Assembly (NCBI RefSeq): GCF_963921235.1
Contig: NC_086118.1
Span: 41,292,001-41,356,000 of the forward strand
Source: Mobula hypostoma
Taxonomy: Eukaryota
Reading direction: 5' to 3'
Length of the DNA: 64,000 nt
The notes below the pieces were generated by a model. It was not told the DNA's origin. It saw nothing but the letters and a program-made list of their open reading frames with translations, and did not search any database. Positions within the stretch are counted from its first letter, which is position 1; every line of letters begins with the position of its first letter. Both the position numbers and the translations under genes were made by a program. This document shows positions 12,601 to 27,600 of the stretch, piece by piece.

Positions 12601-15600
12601 AGGCCAAAATATAAAAACACTATAAATTACAATAAGCAATATACCTATGAAATAAATAAATTGTGCAAAAAGAGGGTAAAAATAGTGAGGTGCTGTTCAT
12701 GGATTCATGGACCATTCAGAAATCTGAAGGAGGAAGGGAAGAAGCTGTTCCTAAAATATTAAGTGTGTGTCTTCAGGCTTCTGTACCTCCATCCTGATGA
12801 TAGCCATGAGAAGTGGGTGATGGGGGTCCTTAATGATAGATGCCACCTTTTGACGGTGTCCTGGGGAGACTAATGCCCATATGGAGCTGGCTGAATTTAC
12901 AACTTTCTGTAACTTTTGCCAATCCAATGCATGCACCAGATGGGGATGCAAGTAGTCAGAATGCTCTCCATCATAGATCTATAGAAATTTGCTAGTCTTT
13001 GAGGAGTCTTTAATCTCCTCAGACCCCTCATGAAGTATAGCTGCTGATGTGCCTTCTTTGTAATTAATTCAATATGTCTGGCCAAGGATAGATTTTCAGA
13101 GTTGTTGACACCCAAGAACTTGAAAGTGCACACCGTTTCATAAAGCGCTGACCCCTTGAGGAGAACTGATGTGCGTTCCATCAACTTGACCTTCCTGAAA
13201 TACACAATTAATTCCTCGGTCTTGCACTAAGTGCAATTTATTGTTGCAGCACCAGTCACCAATCTATCTCACACTTGTGAGGTGCAGGTCGGTCTGAGAT
13301 ATAGCTTACAGAGGAAGATTCCCTGATGGGACTTATTATCAAAAAGGTTAAATCCCATTGCAGTTCTCCTCCCTCAACAGCTCACCTGCAGGAAAAGGTT
13401 TATGAATCTCAGCCATTGCCGCATTTCCCTGACACAGGTCCTCAAGTAAGAGGTGGGCAGGTGTTCCAACTTGAAGCTGGCCACGATTGTTTGGCAAGTT
13501 CAGACCTGAGTTGCTTGTGGAGCTGTCACTGTAGTCGTGAAGTAGTTTAACCTGGCAAAACACGTCTTGTTTGTGTCAGCTGAGAAAATGTATTTTGATT
13601 CATTCAGGCATGACTCGATGGGCTGAATGGACTAATTACTGTCCCATTCTGGTTCTTTGATTCATACAATGCATTTACTGCAATATTCTTCTGAATCTTA
13701 AATCAGCCTTTCAAAAGTACATAATTTATATCCTGTGTTTCAGCAAGGCTGCAGTTTAATGTGCCCATTGTAGTTATATATATTTGTTCTCAAAAAAACT
13801 TCAGATGTAACTATCCCTTTTTAAATAGGAAAAAATGGGTTTAATGTGATTCATTTTCAGTCAATAGAGATGCAGGTATCAGTCTATAGTAACTGCTGGC
13901 GAAAGTGGCGGATGTGGGTTCGATTACAACATTGAAGAGAAGTTTGGATAAGTGGATGGGAGGGTTATGGAGGGCTATGGTCCAGGTGCAAGTCAATGGA
14001 ACTAGGCAGTGTAACAGTTTGGTATGAACTAGAATAGTGGTCGCCAACCTTTTTAAGCCCAAGATCCCCTACCTCGGCATTAGTGAAAGGCAAGGTCGAC
14101 CTACTAAATCGTTTAGTCACACGCATGCGCACCAGGCAGAAAAGACCAGCAGGAAAACCCCGCAGCCCGGAAGCAACCTCTCTTTACAAACAGGTTTCCG
14201 TAGCGGGAGTATTGCTATATTACCATTATCTTAATTAGTATTACTTATTTTTATAATGCTTACATTACAACACCTCTAATTCTATGTTTCATTATTTAAT
14301 TTTATTTCAACTCAAAAAATAAATGAATAAAAATTGACTGTTGCACTCAGTGTAATGACTGGGGCTGAATACTTTCTGCTAGTTCCCTGAAATTTGGCTC
14401 ATAACTACAGCCAGCCAGTCTGAGAGAGTGTGTGAGGTGTCTGTCAGTAAGACAGCTCCTGTACTTAGATTTCATAATTTTCATCGGTTGCAGCACAGCG
14501 CCCTCGCAAACCACCTGACAGACTGAATATTTGAATGGACAGTTTCCTTTGTTAGACTGAATGTTGAATCTGCCACGATTTTCAGGTATTTTGTATTGGT
14601 AAACTGTTACTGAGACACTAGTATAAGTTTCAGTGGTACGCAAGATAATGACACCACTGTTTTTTGTTTCCCAGTTATTTACATTTGGGGAATGCTGGAA
14701 TTTAAAGGGGGAGAAGTGTTGTCATGTGAGCATTATAAAGATAAGTTAATACAAATTAGGATAATGGTAATATAGCACTACTCCCGCTATGGAAAGCTGT
14801 TTGTAAAGAGAAATTACTTCCGGGTTGCAGGGTTTTACTTCCGGTCTTTTCTACCGCGGTGCATAGTGGGGGAGCTATACACACACGCTCTCTGGGCAGA
14901 AAAAAACAGAACTAAAACCCTGCAACCCGGAAACAATCTCTCTTTACAAACAGCTTTCAGTGGCGAGAGTGTTGTTATATTACCATTATCCTAATTAATA
15001 TTACTTACTTTTATAATGCTCACATTACAACGGTATTTGTGTATTTATTTTTCATTCTTTTTCGGGAACTACTGGTAAAGTCTCAAAGATCAACCGGTCG
15101 ATCATGATCGACCAGTTGGTGACCACTGGACTAGAATATCCAATGGCCAGTTTCTGTGTTGGAATGCCCTATGACGCTATAGCATACAGAACAAACTTGA
15201 AACTAAATTATAAACTCGGTGACTTTTTTCCCAGGACAAACAGCAAAGTGGACTGAATCCCTATCATCAAAGGAAGCTAGAAATGCCTGGGAGAGCCAGT
15301 TCATCAAGACTATTATTTCTCCACTGTTAGAGGTTAGTTAAGTTAAACAATGAAAAAATTCTTTCTAATGCCTAGATCGTGTACATGTGTCCATTAATAC
15401 AACTCAGTTTTCATCATTCAGAATTACACTCATTGCCCACTTTATTAGGCACCTCCAATATGTAATAAAGTGGCCAGTGAATATATTCTGTACGTTTGTG
15501 GTCTTTTGCTGCTGTAGCCCATCCACTTCAAGGTTCGTTGTGCTGTGCATTCAGAGATGCTCTTCTGCACACCACTGTTGTAACGCATGGTTATTTGAGT

Positions 15601-18600
15601 TACTGTCTCCTTCCTGTCAGCTTGAACCAGTCTGGCCATTCTCCTCTGACCTCTCTCAATAACAAGGCATTTTCACTCACAGAAGGGCCACTCACTGGAT
15701 GATTTCTTTTTTGCACTATTCTCTGTAAATTCTAGAGACTGTTGTGTGTGGATGAAGTACAGGTAGCAACATCAACCAATTTATTGGATTCATCATACAC
15801 AGGAAACTGTTAAAGAGTATTTCAAAGCAAACGTGAGAAGGAGTGGGGAAAAATGGTGAGAACAGACCACGATCATAGAAAGATGCTCTTTGAGTGCAGA
15901 GTTAACTATTTCAAACCACTCATCAGTTACCTATATACTTAAACTAACTATTCTATCATTGCTTAATTAACTTTAGCATATTATTAACTGGCACAGTAGC
16001 ATAGTGGAGAGCACAACAGCGAATAGGTTTCAATACCTGCTGCCGTCTGTAAAGAGTTTGCATGTTCTGTCTGCATGGATTTCCACCGGGTGCTCCTGTT
16101 TCATCCCACAGTCTAAAGACATACTTGTTGGTAGGTTACTTGGTCTTTGTAAATTGCCCCGTGGTGAAAACGGGGGCTGATGGATGGAGCAGCTTGAAGG
16201 ACTGGGAGGGCTTATTCGGCCCTGTGTCTCACTGAATAGACCTTGTCCGTAACCCAGGCTGTCGATTCGATCTCAGCTTCGTCATCTGATCTAGGCTGCT
16301 GTGTTAGTGCAGTACCGTGTGAGGTGGTGCTGTTTTGGTCAGTGTGAATCTGAATCAGGTTTATTATCACTGTCTTACATGCAGTGACATTTGTTGTGCG
16401 GCAGCAGTACAGTGCTCTACATAAAATTACCATTCATTACAAAATGAATAAATACTACAATAAAAAGGAATAATGAGGTAGTTTTCAGAGGTTCATGGAC
16501 TATTCAGAAATCGGATAACAGGGGAAGAGCATTAATTAACAGTGTTAAGCTGAGCACAAACAAGAGAAAATCTGCAGATACTGGAAATCCAAGCAACACG
16601 CACAAAATGCTGGAGCAATTCAGCAGGCCAGGCAGCATCTATGGAAAAGAGTACAGTAGACGTTTCGGGCCAAGACCCTTCAACACCTTGCCCTGAAGCG
16701 TCGACTGTACTCTTTTCCATAAATGCTGCCTGTCCTGCTGAGATCCTTCAGCATTTTGTGAGTGGTAAACTGAGGCTCTGTCCAGTCTGTAAAAAGGACA
16801 TAAAAAATACAGTTGCAAAATTAGAAAAGCTTCCAAACCATAATCCATCAACCAGCATCTCTTAAACAAAATATTTAGACATTTCTCTCATCAAAGTTTG
16901 CAAGACCTTGCTGTTTAAAAATTAGCAGTCTCGTTGATCTTTGATTTAACGTTGGCTAAGTTTTGTTTTTAATTTGTTGTGAAGAACTCAGATGTTCTGA
17001 AAACAATAATGGCACTAAATTAACTCAAGCTCTTTATTTTTGCCTCTCCGAGACTTACTGGCCAGAACATGCTACTTATGAGATCCTCCACAAATTGGTT
17101 TTGAGTTATCCAGCGTTCATGATTAAAATTATTTAGATCATCATTTTTTTGGGCAATTTTCTCTTTAAAATATCAGTCTAGATTTTCTGGTTGGTATGTT
17201 GCCCATGCTCACCCATGGAAAAGGTCCCGTGTTTAAATTTGTGAATGCCCCGAGGTCAATCTGCTGTCCCAGACTAGGCTGAGTCCCTGAGCACATGTTG
17301 TGATGTAGGTGACCGATGTGGGAGCCAGTAACAGCTTCCCATAAAACATTTATAAAAGCTTAGCCAGGTAACTAGAACCTCGCTTGTTTCGCAGTATGCT
17401 TGGTCAAATAGTGTGCAGCTTAGCATGCTGTGTGGAAGATTATGATGTGGAAGACAGCCTAATAATTTCTATTGCCTTTACACAATAATTAAATGTAACT
17501 TTTCATTCTGAATGAGTCAGACAAAGCACGTCTGAGCTAAGATTACTAGTGAGTTTTGAAAATTCAATGTGACTTCTAAAAATTCTACTCCATTAGCAGT
17601 AATGGATAACAGTGTATCCTACCTTCTCTCCCTAAGAATATTTGCTGATGAACATTTAAGTTACTGAATATATAAAGTGGGAAGTGTTCCTCTGTTCTTC
17701 TCATCTCCAGAATCTTGACAAAAAGTTGCCAGAAGTAGCCAAGCAGATGAGTTCTGATGACAGAATCGGTGGGAGTCCAATTGTTAAAATGCTGTACGGG
17801 GACCCATCGGATTTGCTGACCTTTCCTCGTAACATTCTGGATTGTTCCTCTGCCTGGAAGTGTCAGCGCCGAACATGTATCGAGACCTTCACTCACGTTG
17901 TCGAGCAAAAAGGTGGGAAGAAACTGACACCAATTCTGTGGCAATTTCTTCAAAAGGTAACTGAAGTGCTTTTTCGCTCATTTAATCACTAAGGGAGAAC
18001 AAAACAATAACAAAGCGTTTAATAAATTGACTTTTAAGTGCCAAAGTGGTAGAATATGTCAGAAACTTTTCTCGCCCTTGAAGGACTGCAACACATCAGC
18101 CTCACTGCACAGTCTTCAAGTCAGATACTACTGTCACTATAAACGTACCGCTACTCAATCATCTTCGGTTAGTTCCCCAACCACCAGCATTGTGTGGGAT
18201 TACTGACACTTTCACCACTAAGAGTGGGTGATAATATTGCCCTTGCTAGCTCAGCATATATCCTGTAAAGTAGATTAAGTAAATATTATTTGTCCAAATC
18301 CAGTGTTTAAAAGTCCTACTGGTTCTACACTTTGTAATCATTGTCTGTTTGTTGGTGCTCCCTAGCACTCCAGCTGAGATAATTGACACATTAGCATAAT
18401 TGAATCTCTCATCATCTTAAAAACCTCAAAGGTTCAAAGGTACAATCTAATGTCAGAGAAATGTATACAATATACATCCTGTAATGTCTTTTCTTCATGA
18501 AAACGGGAGTGCCCATCATTTTGGAAATACTTAAAATGGAAAAGATGACCTACTCTCGTGAGAATTCAAAAGGAAAAATTTTATCAAATTTGGAATAAAT

Positions 18601-21600
18601 GAATTGAATTTATAACCCCAGAGTGAGCAGATTTTAGATGACTCTCCTAATGGTTTATACTGTTTGTCTCACCAACATAGTAATAGTGTTAATGTCAGCA
18701 CCCTTGGCTCGAATGCTTACTGTTCTTTTTTTTTGGAAAATGTGGAATTACCGCAAGTAAAGAAAAGATCTAGGGAAATTTTGGACCAGAAAGAAATGGA
18801 CCGGAAGAGATACATGGACATTAGTATTCAACCACTATCATTAGAATTTTTTATAACTATTATCATTATTTAGTTTAATAGAGTGGAATTACAATTGCAC
18901 ATAAACATCTATTTGAGTGCCTAATTATTTTCTATATTATCTCAATGTGCACTTGGGAATGTACAAATTTACTCACATAAAAAATGGAAAAGGTTATATA
19001 TGTAAAAAGAAGTTTGTGTATTACTTGTGAATACTTTATCCAAATAACAATAAAATTTTAAAAAAAGAAAACAGGAGTGCCCCAAAGAATGAATGACAGT
19101 TAAATGTTAGAACCCCGAAGTCCCCCCCCGCGCGTAAGTAGCAGCGATCAACAATCCTCCCTCCCCCCCACCAGCATAAAAAAGCATCAGCACGGCCACC
19201 GAGCACTCAAGCGTGAGCAAAGCAATAGTAAAGACACAGACTTGCAGTTACCCCAAAGAATGGGACCCGCTCTTGAGGTTCCGTAACTGGCCGTTGTTCG
19301 TCATGCTAAAGGTTCGGCCTAAGAGTTCAGCTTAAATTCGGAAGCCTAGGATCCCGGGGCTCTGGAGACGGGCGGATCAAGGGTCGGTGTCACAACATTA
19401 TATACATGTATATAGCTCAATGACAATAGAAGTGACTTGACTTTTAATGTCTTGAGCATACTTAGGAGTAATGTGGTATCTCTGATGTCATGGGTACTAG
19501 CACTTCCGGTCTATTTAATCACACTGTCATGTTGGCTGTTCTGTGGTTGGTTCAGGGACTCTCGTATTAAAATACACAATCCCGCACAGAGATTTGAGGA
19601 GCAAATTTTATTCTCTGGTGGGAATGTTGCTGAGCATAATGTCTGGGATTGGTTTCAGGACGACTCTCAGCTGCCTTTTAGCCTTTTTTAGCATGCTTTG
19701 TGACCGAACCGAAACTTCTGGAAACAGTTGTCAGCCATTACTATTAGGCTGCTTGGAGGCTCGGGGCCAGGGAATGATTCTGTGGAATCATTGTGTCATT
19801 CAGTATAGAAATGGACCCTTCACAGGCCACGTTTACTTTGGCCATCAAGTACCCATTGACACTAATTATAATTTTACTCTGCCCTTCCCCATCAACTGCC
19901 CCAGTTTCTTCCACTCATCTGCACTTGAAGGACCAATTAAACTACAAACCCACTCGTCTCTGGGGTGTTGCTTGCAAGCCAGAATACCTGGGTAAAATCT
20001 GGTGTGGCCACAGGGAAGATGTGCTAACTCCACATGGACAGGACCTTCGATCAGGATGGCACCGGGCCACTGGAGCTGTGACACTCTGCCAACTATCAAA
20101 AGGAAACGGTGGCAGAGAGCTGGATAAGGAGGGTCAAGATCCGGGTTTGCTGTAGCAAGGGCTCCTCTTGGGTCCTCTCCTGTCCCACCTCCCACTCTTC
20201 CAAGGGCACAGAGTGGTTGGAACAAAAGGAAGGCATTTACTCTTGCTGGCATTGCAGTGTGTTCAGAGGAGGGTCATGAGTATGATTCCAGGAATGAAAA
20301 TGTTAATATATGAGGAGCATCTGATGGCTCCGTACCTGAACTCACTGGTGTCTAGAAGAATGGTGAGGGGTGGATCTTATTGAAACCTATCGAATCTTGA
20401 AAGGGCTAGATAGAGTGTTTGTGGAGAAGATGTTTCTTATAGTGGAGGAGTCCAGGACCAGAGAACACAACCTGAATAGAAAGGACGTCCCTTTAGAGCA
20501 GAGATGAGGAGGAATTTCTTTAGCCAGAGGGTGGTGAATCTGTGGAATTCATTGCTACAGATGGCTGTGAAGTCCAAGTCATTCGGTATATTTTAAGTGA
20601 AGTTTGTAGATTCGTGAGGGTTGACCTTTTAGAACAGAAGTAAGGAGGAGTTTTTTTTAGCCGGAGAGTAGTGAATCTGTGGAATGCTGTGCCACAGACT
20701 GGTGGAGGCCAAGTCCACGGGTATATTTAAGGCAGAAGTTGATGGTTTCCAGATCGGTCAGGGCATCAAAGGATATGGTGAGAAGACAGGTGTATGGGGT
20801 TGAGTGGGATCGGGGATCAGCCATGATGGAATGGCGGAGCAGACTTGATGGGCTGAATGGCCTAATTTTGCTCCTTTGTTTTATGGTTATGGGTGATTAG
20901 TAAGTGCGTCAAAAGTTACGAGGAGAAGGCAGGAGAATGGGGCTGAGAGGGATAATAAATCAGCCATGATTTATTTATGATGGAACAGCAGAATAGGCTC
21001 AATGGGCCAGCTAGCCGTATTCTGCTCATATGTCCTATGGCCTTATCGTTTTCTGTTGCATGATTGCACCTCCCTCCAAATCCAGGTAAAAAAATAATTT
21101 TAATGGAGTCTTCTACGCTGATTTAGGGAAGATTCCCTTTGGGTGGGTCCAGAGCTGATTGTACTGCATTGAAGGTAGCCTGTGCCAGCATCTGCCTGGC
21201 TCAGGTCAGGTGCTCTGTCTTATAGCCTAGTAACTTGTTCCGAGCTTCATGCCCTCTTCTGGTTTGCTTTTCCTGCGTAGTATGTTTTCAGCCGGTTGCA
21301 GTTGATTGTGAAAAGCCAGCCACCATCCAGGACATGTTCTCTTCTTGCTGCTACCATTGGGAAGGAGGTATAGGAGCTAAGTCCTACGTCAGCAGATTCA
21401 GGAAGCGTTATTGCTCCTGAACCAGTGTGGATAATTTCACTCACCCCAACACTGAACTGATTCCACAGTCTATGGAGTCACGTTCAAGGACTCTACAACT
21501 CATATCCTGAGTATTATTACTTATTTATTTTATCATTTCATTTATCTTTTTATATTTTCACAATTTGTCATCTTTTGCACATTGATTGTTTGTCCATCTT

Positions 21601-24600
21601 TGTAGTCTTTGATTGATTCTATTGTGTTTCTTTATATCTATTGTGAATACCTGCAAGAAAATGAATCACAGAATAGTAAACACGAGGAAATCTGCAGATG
21701 CTGGAATTTCAAGCAACACACAAAAGAGTTGCTGGTGAACGCTGCAGGTCAGGCAGCATCTCTAGGAAGAGGTACAATCGACGTCTCTGCCCGAAACGTC
21801 GACTCTACCTCTTCCTAGAGATGCTGCCTGGCCTGCTGTGTTCACCAGCAACTTTTTTGTGTCTTCACAGAATAGTACATGTGTCATACTTAGATAGTAA
21901 ATTTACTTCAAACTTCAAACATTTTACTTGAGAGAATTCTCAGATTGGACTTTCAGTTGTTGCAAAGTTTAAACAAATGAGTGAATTTTGTGAGATTAAT
22001 AACGTGCTGTTGTTAAGTACCAGGTCTGACAAAATTGATGCACAGATTATACCATGCTTTGGTCTATTTTGTGACGCTCATTAAATCTTCCCAAAGTCAA
22101 ATTCACAGTGTTCCACAAAGTCAGCTGAAATGAACGAATTCAATATCCATCAGGTAGTTAGATGATCTGCTTGACCATTTGTTCTGTATTTATTCTGAGT
22201 AGCATGGTACTTCCACCAATTGGTAGAGAGCAGCAAGATGGGGAAAATACACTCATAGCTTAAGGTAACTTGTTAGCACAGCTAATATTTCGTAAGAATC
22301 CTCAAACCCCGCCCCCCTTTGAAACCTGTCATCACATGAATTTTCACAGAAGCCCGGGAGTTTTAGGGCCAGCATCTCCATCACGGGCCGGCACAGTAGC
22401 ATTAGCAGTTAGCGTACTGCTTTTGCAGTGGGGTTCACTCCCCGCTGCTGTCTGTAAGGAGATTGTCCATTCTCCCCGTGACCTGCACGGCTTTCCCCAG
22501 GTGCTCCAGTTTGCTCCCACATTCCAAAGGCATACACTTAGGGTTAGCGAGTTGTGGGCATGCTATCTTGGCATTGGCAGCACGGCAATATTTGCGGACT
22601 GCCTGGCACGTGGTCATTGATTTGATTTGACACAAATGGTGCATTTTACTCTATGTCTTGACATTTTGATGTACATGTGACAAATAAAGTTAATCTTAAT
22701 CTAATCACTGAGCCATTTTTATTACAAAACATATTTAATTACCTGAAATAATATTACAAAAGACATTTGAGAATGTATCGGGTTCTTTGGTCAGTGCCAC
22801 AGAATGTCTAAACTGATAACAATAACAGTACGACTCTGAATTTGATATATGTCTTGGCTGTTGTTTTATAGGAGCGTTATATCAAGATGCTTAAGTATTT
22901 GCCTGACCTTGTTGAGCTTCAGTATGAGTTAATCAGGAAACTCCAATGCAGCTCAAATGTGAAATCGAAGACAATTTCCCAATTTCTTCAACAATTTCCT
23001 TCAGGTAAGAGATTCTTGATTTTATTTTTAATGCTCGCAATATTGATCTGCAATCTAGTATTACTGACATGTCACACAGGGTACGCTGTGCAATAGATTG
23101 TTGGAGTAACCTTTTGCTTGACTAATCTGCAAGATGGCAGTCTGTGAAATACAGTCACTGGAAAGCATGGAGTAGATGTCTGGGGTGATTCATTGTGAAC
23201 GCAGTAGTGCTATTAAAAACCTGTCTAAAGACACAAAGATTATTTTTATGTTTCTAGGTCAACAAGGTCATAAGCACAACTTTGAGAAACGGATCGAGAT
23301 TTTCTTACAGCTGTGGAATGAGCTGCGACTGTTGCTGGAAAAAAATAGTGAGTGTGTTGTAGCTATTGGCTCCACTTTATTCTGGGTTTCTTTCTTTTGG
23401 ATTCATGCTGGGTGGTGACACTCTTCCTGACTTGCTGAGGCATCTGACCAAATTCAACAGTGGCCTTCAGTTAGCCAGGGCACCAGGGATTCCAGAATTC
23501 TCTGTGCACCTACGTTAATCCAACAAGTGTTGGCTCATGCTCTAAGCATTTGACTAGATACTATAACTAGATACATTTCTGACATTAAGTCCTCTTCTAT
23601 CACACAACTTGGCTCAAGCTTTGCTTAGTCCTGTTGAAGACAAACTAATCTACACTCAACCAACGCACATAAAAGTTGCGCGTTCACCAGCAACTTTTAT
23701 GTGTGTTGCTTGAAATTCCAGCATCTGCAGATTTCCTCGTGTTTGCGTTTTTAATCTACACTCACTTTATTAGGTCCACCTGTACACCCGCTCAATGAAA
23801 ATATTTAAACAGCCAATCATGTGGTGGCAACTCAGGGCATAAGAGCTTGCAGACAGGTCAGGAGGTTCAGTCGTTGTCCAGACCAAACATCAGAATGCTG
23901 AAGAGGATCCATGAATGCACAATATGTCGAATCTGAAGTGGATCTGCTACAACAGCAAAAGACCAAATGGGTCCACTCCTGGACCTAATAAAGTGGTTCT
24001 GAGTGTACTGTATGCCCACACTGTCACACCGTGTGTATTTATCACTGATCAAGTTGTACTTTTAAATGTTTTTCAGACCCAGCGATTCCAAAACAAGTGT
24101 GTCAGGATTTGACTTTTGAGAGTCCCATCGAAGTTCTGTTGCCCCAACAACAGGGTCTGGGGCTTTGTGCCACTGAGCTAACCAAGTTCCTCATTGAGGT
24201 TCAAAATAATATCATTGAGGCTATTAGTGAGCGTAAAAAGTAAGTACTTTCCTGCTTTGGTTTCATGTGAATGCTTTAAGGACAATGCGAAGTCAAGCCC
24301 CACACCTTCCGCCCATCACCCCCATGAGTGAATCTATATGATATTAGTCTGCTTCAATGCCTACTGAGTGTTTCCCAGAGAGTGCATCAGTCAACATACT
24401 TTACTAGACCAAATTCTAATGACTGCTGTCCAGTGAATTAAATGGGATCCCTGAGCTGAACGTTAGCTCTGTTCATCACATGTACATTACATTAAAAAAA
24501 GTCAAGTTTATTTTCATTTCACTATATACATGTATACCATCAAACGAGACAGCATTTCTCCGGACAAGGGTGTAAAGCTCAATCGTACACATAACACAAA

Positions 24601-27600
24601 ATAACTTGGGAAAGTAAGGATAAAATCTACAGATGAATTACACACAAAAAAAAACAAAGTAAAGTGCATAAAAACCAGAGACACCACACACCCCGGCCAC
24701 TCCCTGTTTGACCCGCTGCTGTCCAGCAAAAGGTTCAGGACACTAAACGTCAGAACAAATAGACTGAGGAACAGCTTCTATCCCAGAGCTGTGGCCTCCA
24801 TCACACCACTCCCACAGAACAATGACTGAAACTGTGAGCACACACATCCACACACAAGGATTCAAATACTTGCACTAACGGCACTTTGTGCATTACTGTG
24901 AAATTCTGCTCTTGCTGCAACTTATTTTCTGTTACTTATCTATTTAATACTGTTTTTCTATTACTGTCTTGTTTTTATCCACCGCTTTATTTAATTGGCT
25001 GAGAGGAAGCCAAACAGAGTTTCATTGTACCTATGTATAATGACAGTAAAGATCATTCAATTCAATTAAATGTTGTAAGGTACAGAACAGATTAACCGGT
25101 GACACTTCGAATGCGATACAGCAGGGAGTTCAGAAGTCTAATGGCCTGAGGGAAGAAACTGTTTCCCATCCTGACCGGTCTTGTTTTTATGCCTCGGAGT
25201 CTGCTTCCTGATGGTGGAAAGTCAAAGAGGATGCTGGATGGATGGGTGGGATCCTTAATAGTACTAAAGACCCTGCGAACATAGTGGTAGTGATAAATGT
25301 CTCCGATGGTATGGAGACCCCTATGATCCTCTCAGCTGTTCTCGCGGTCCGTTGTGGGGACTTCCAGTCCAATGCTCGGCTGCTCCCATACCAGTTGGAG
25401 ATTCAGCTTGGTGAGGACACTCCAATGGTGCTCCTGTAAAACGCAGTTACGACGGTTGCAGGGGAGCCTCGCTTGCCTCAGTCTCCTTAGGAAATGGAGG
25501 TGCTGCTGTGCTGCCCTGTTCAGGGAGGTGATATTGAGGGACCAGGTGAGGTCATCCGTGATGTGAACGATGCACTTAACTCTCTCTACGGAGGAGCCAT
25601 ACATTTGCAGAGGGGGGTGGTTACAGTGAAATGCTTCTATATGCACCAAATCAAATCAGTGAGGATTGTACCGGAAATGTTGCCATATTTCCAGCGTCAA
25701 CATAGCGTACCCAGAACTCACTGACTGTAATCCATATGTCATTGGAATGTGCGAGGAAGCCAGAACGCCTGTAGGAAAGCCACATGATCAGGAGGGAAAA
25801 ATGAATAAAGTCCCTGCAAACAGTGGTGGGAATGAAACCACACTTGGTGCTGTGAAACATAGCACTTGGTGCTAACCGCAAGAGGCATCCGGTGTCCAGT
25901 TCTTCCAGGACTCCTACACATGTGTGTTAGGCATGGAAGTCAGAGTTGAGCAGGAGGCCGGGTGCCAGGGCAACCGACTGACTGCGGCCTGATGGTGGAG
26001 CACGATGTGCTGAAGAGAGAGACAGGATATACCAATATACAGGCGGGAGCCACAGAGAGCAAGTCCAGCCACTGGGATCTGCCCAGGATAATATGACCTG
26101 TTGCTTTTCATCAACATTATCATTTGTATTTAGGAGTGAAAAATAAATGGATAATTTACAGTTTCTTATATTTCCTGGTAGACTGACCATCAACCCAGAG
26201 GCACTATTAGATGCACATTTAATTCTCTGCGACCCTGACAAAGACTTCATCCCACTCGTCCTGTCAAACTGCCAGTACACCCTGGAGAAAGGGCAGGAGA
26301 CATTACCAGAGTACGATATCAGAAACATTGAGAAGCAGCTGATACGACAGTACCTGAAAGGGAAACCTACAATCGTTCATTCGGTAAGCTTGTTTTTGAA
26401 TGAGGTTTCTGTTCAACTTGGAGGCTCTGATCTAATTTATGTTCACATTTTCCCATTACAGAAGATTCCCAAATTTGTGGCCAGGCGAGAAAGAAATTAT
26501 TCAACCATCTTTCAGGAGCTGAAGACAAAAATACCTCAGGTATTTATTTTGCTCTAGCAAAACCAGTTTTGCAATCTGGATGCAAGATGGTAGAATTGCA
26601 AGAATTAAATGACTTAATCCATTAAGGCCTTGGTGAGACCACACCTGGAGTATTGTGTGCAGTTTTGATCCTCTAATCTGAGGAAAGACATCCTTGCCAT
26701 AGAGGGAGTACAAAGAAGGTTCACCAGATTGATTCCTGGGATGGCAGGACTTTCATATGAAGAAAGGCTGGATCGACTAGGCTTATACTCGCTGGAATTT
26801 AGAAGATTGAGGGGGGATCTTATTGAAACATATAAAATTCTAAAGTGATTGGACAGGCTAGATGCTGGAAGATTGTTCCCAATGTTGGGGAAGTCCAGAA
26901 TGAGGGGTCACAGTTTAAGGATAAAGGGGAAGCCTTTTAGGATCGAGATGAGGAAAAACTTCTTCACACAGAGAGTGATGAATCTGTAGAATTCTCTGCC
27001 ACAGGAAACAGTTGAGGCCAGTTCATTGGCTATATTTAAGAGGGAGTTAGATATGGCCCTTGTCACTAAAGGGATCAGGGGGTATGGAGAGAAAGCAGGT
27101 ACAGGGTTCTGAGTTGGATGATCAGCTATGATCATACTGAATGGCGGTGCAGGCTCAAAGGGCCGAATGGCCTACTCCTGCACCTATTTTCTATGTTTCT
27201 ATTATTTGCAAGTCAAGGTAGATAGTCTGTAGATTTCTTTATGGTGCAACTGCTTTACTGCACTGTCTAATGGTTTGTTCTCACTGCCACTGATTGGCAA
27301 GAGCTCAGCATGTGAGTATATTACCAGCCAATTAGGTGTGCAGTATGTTTGGTTACATGCAGGGTGATGCAATTGGCACAGCTGCTATCTCTTGAGCAAA
27401 TACTCTACCCCATAGAACTTTGCAGGTGGACAGATACTTCATCTACAAAGACCTCCTGGAACAGAGGGAGGGAAATGGGTTACGTTCTTGGAGTCAAATT
27501 GGGTCACCTATGATCTCATTGGATGGTGCAGCAGTATAGAGGGGCCAACTGACCTACACAGGCAAAACCTTCCCCATCACATTCACAAGGAGCGTTGCCA

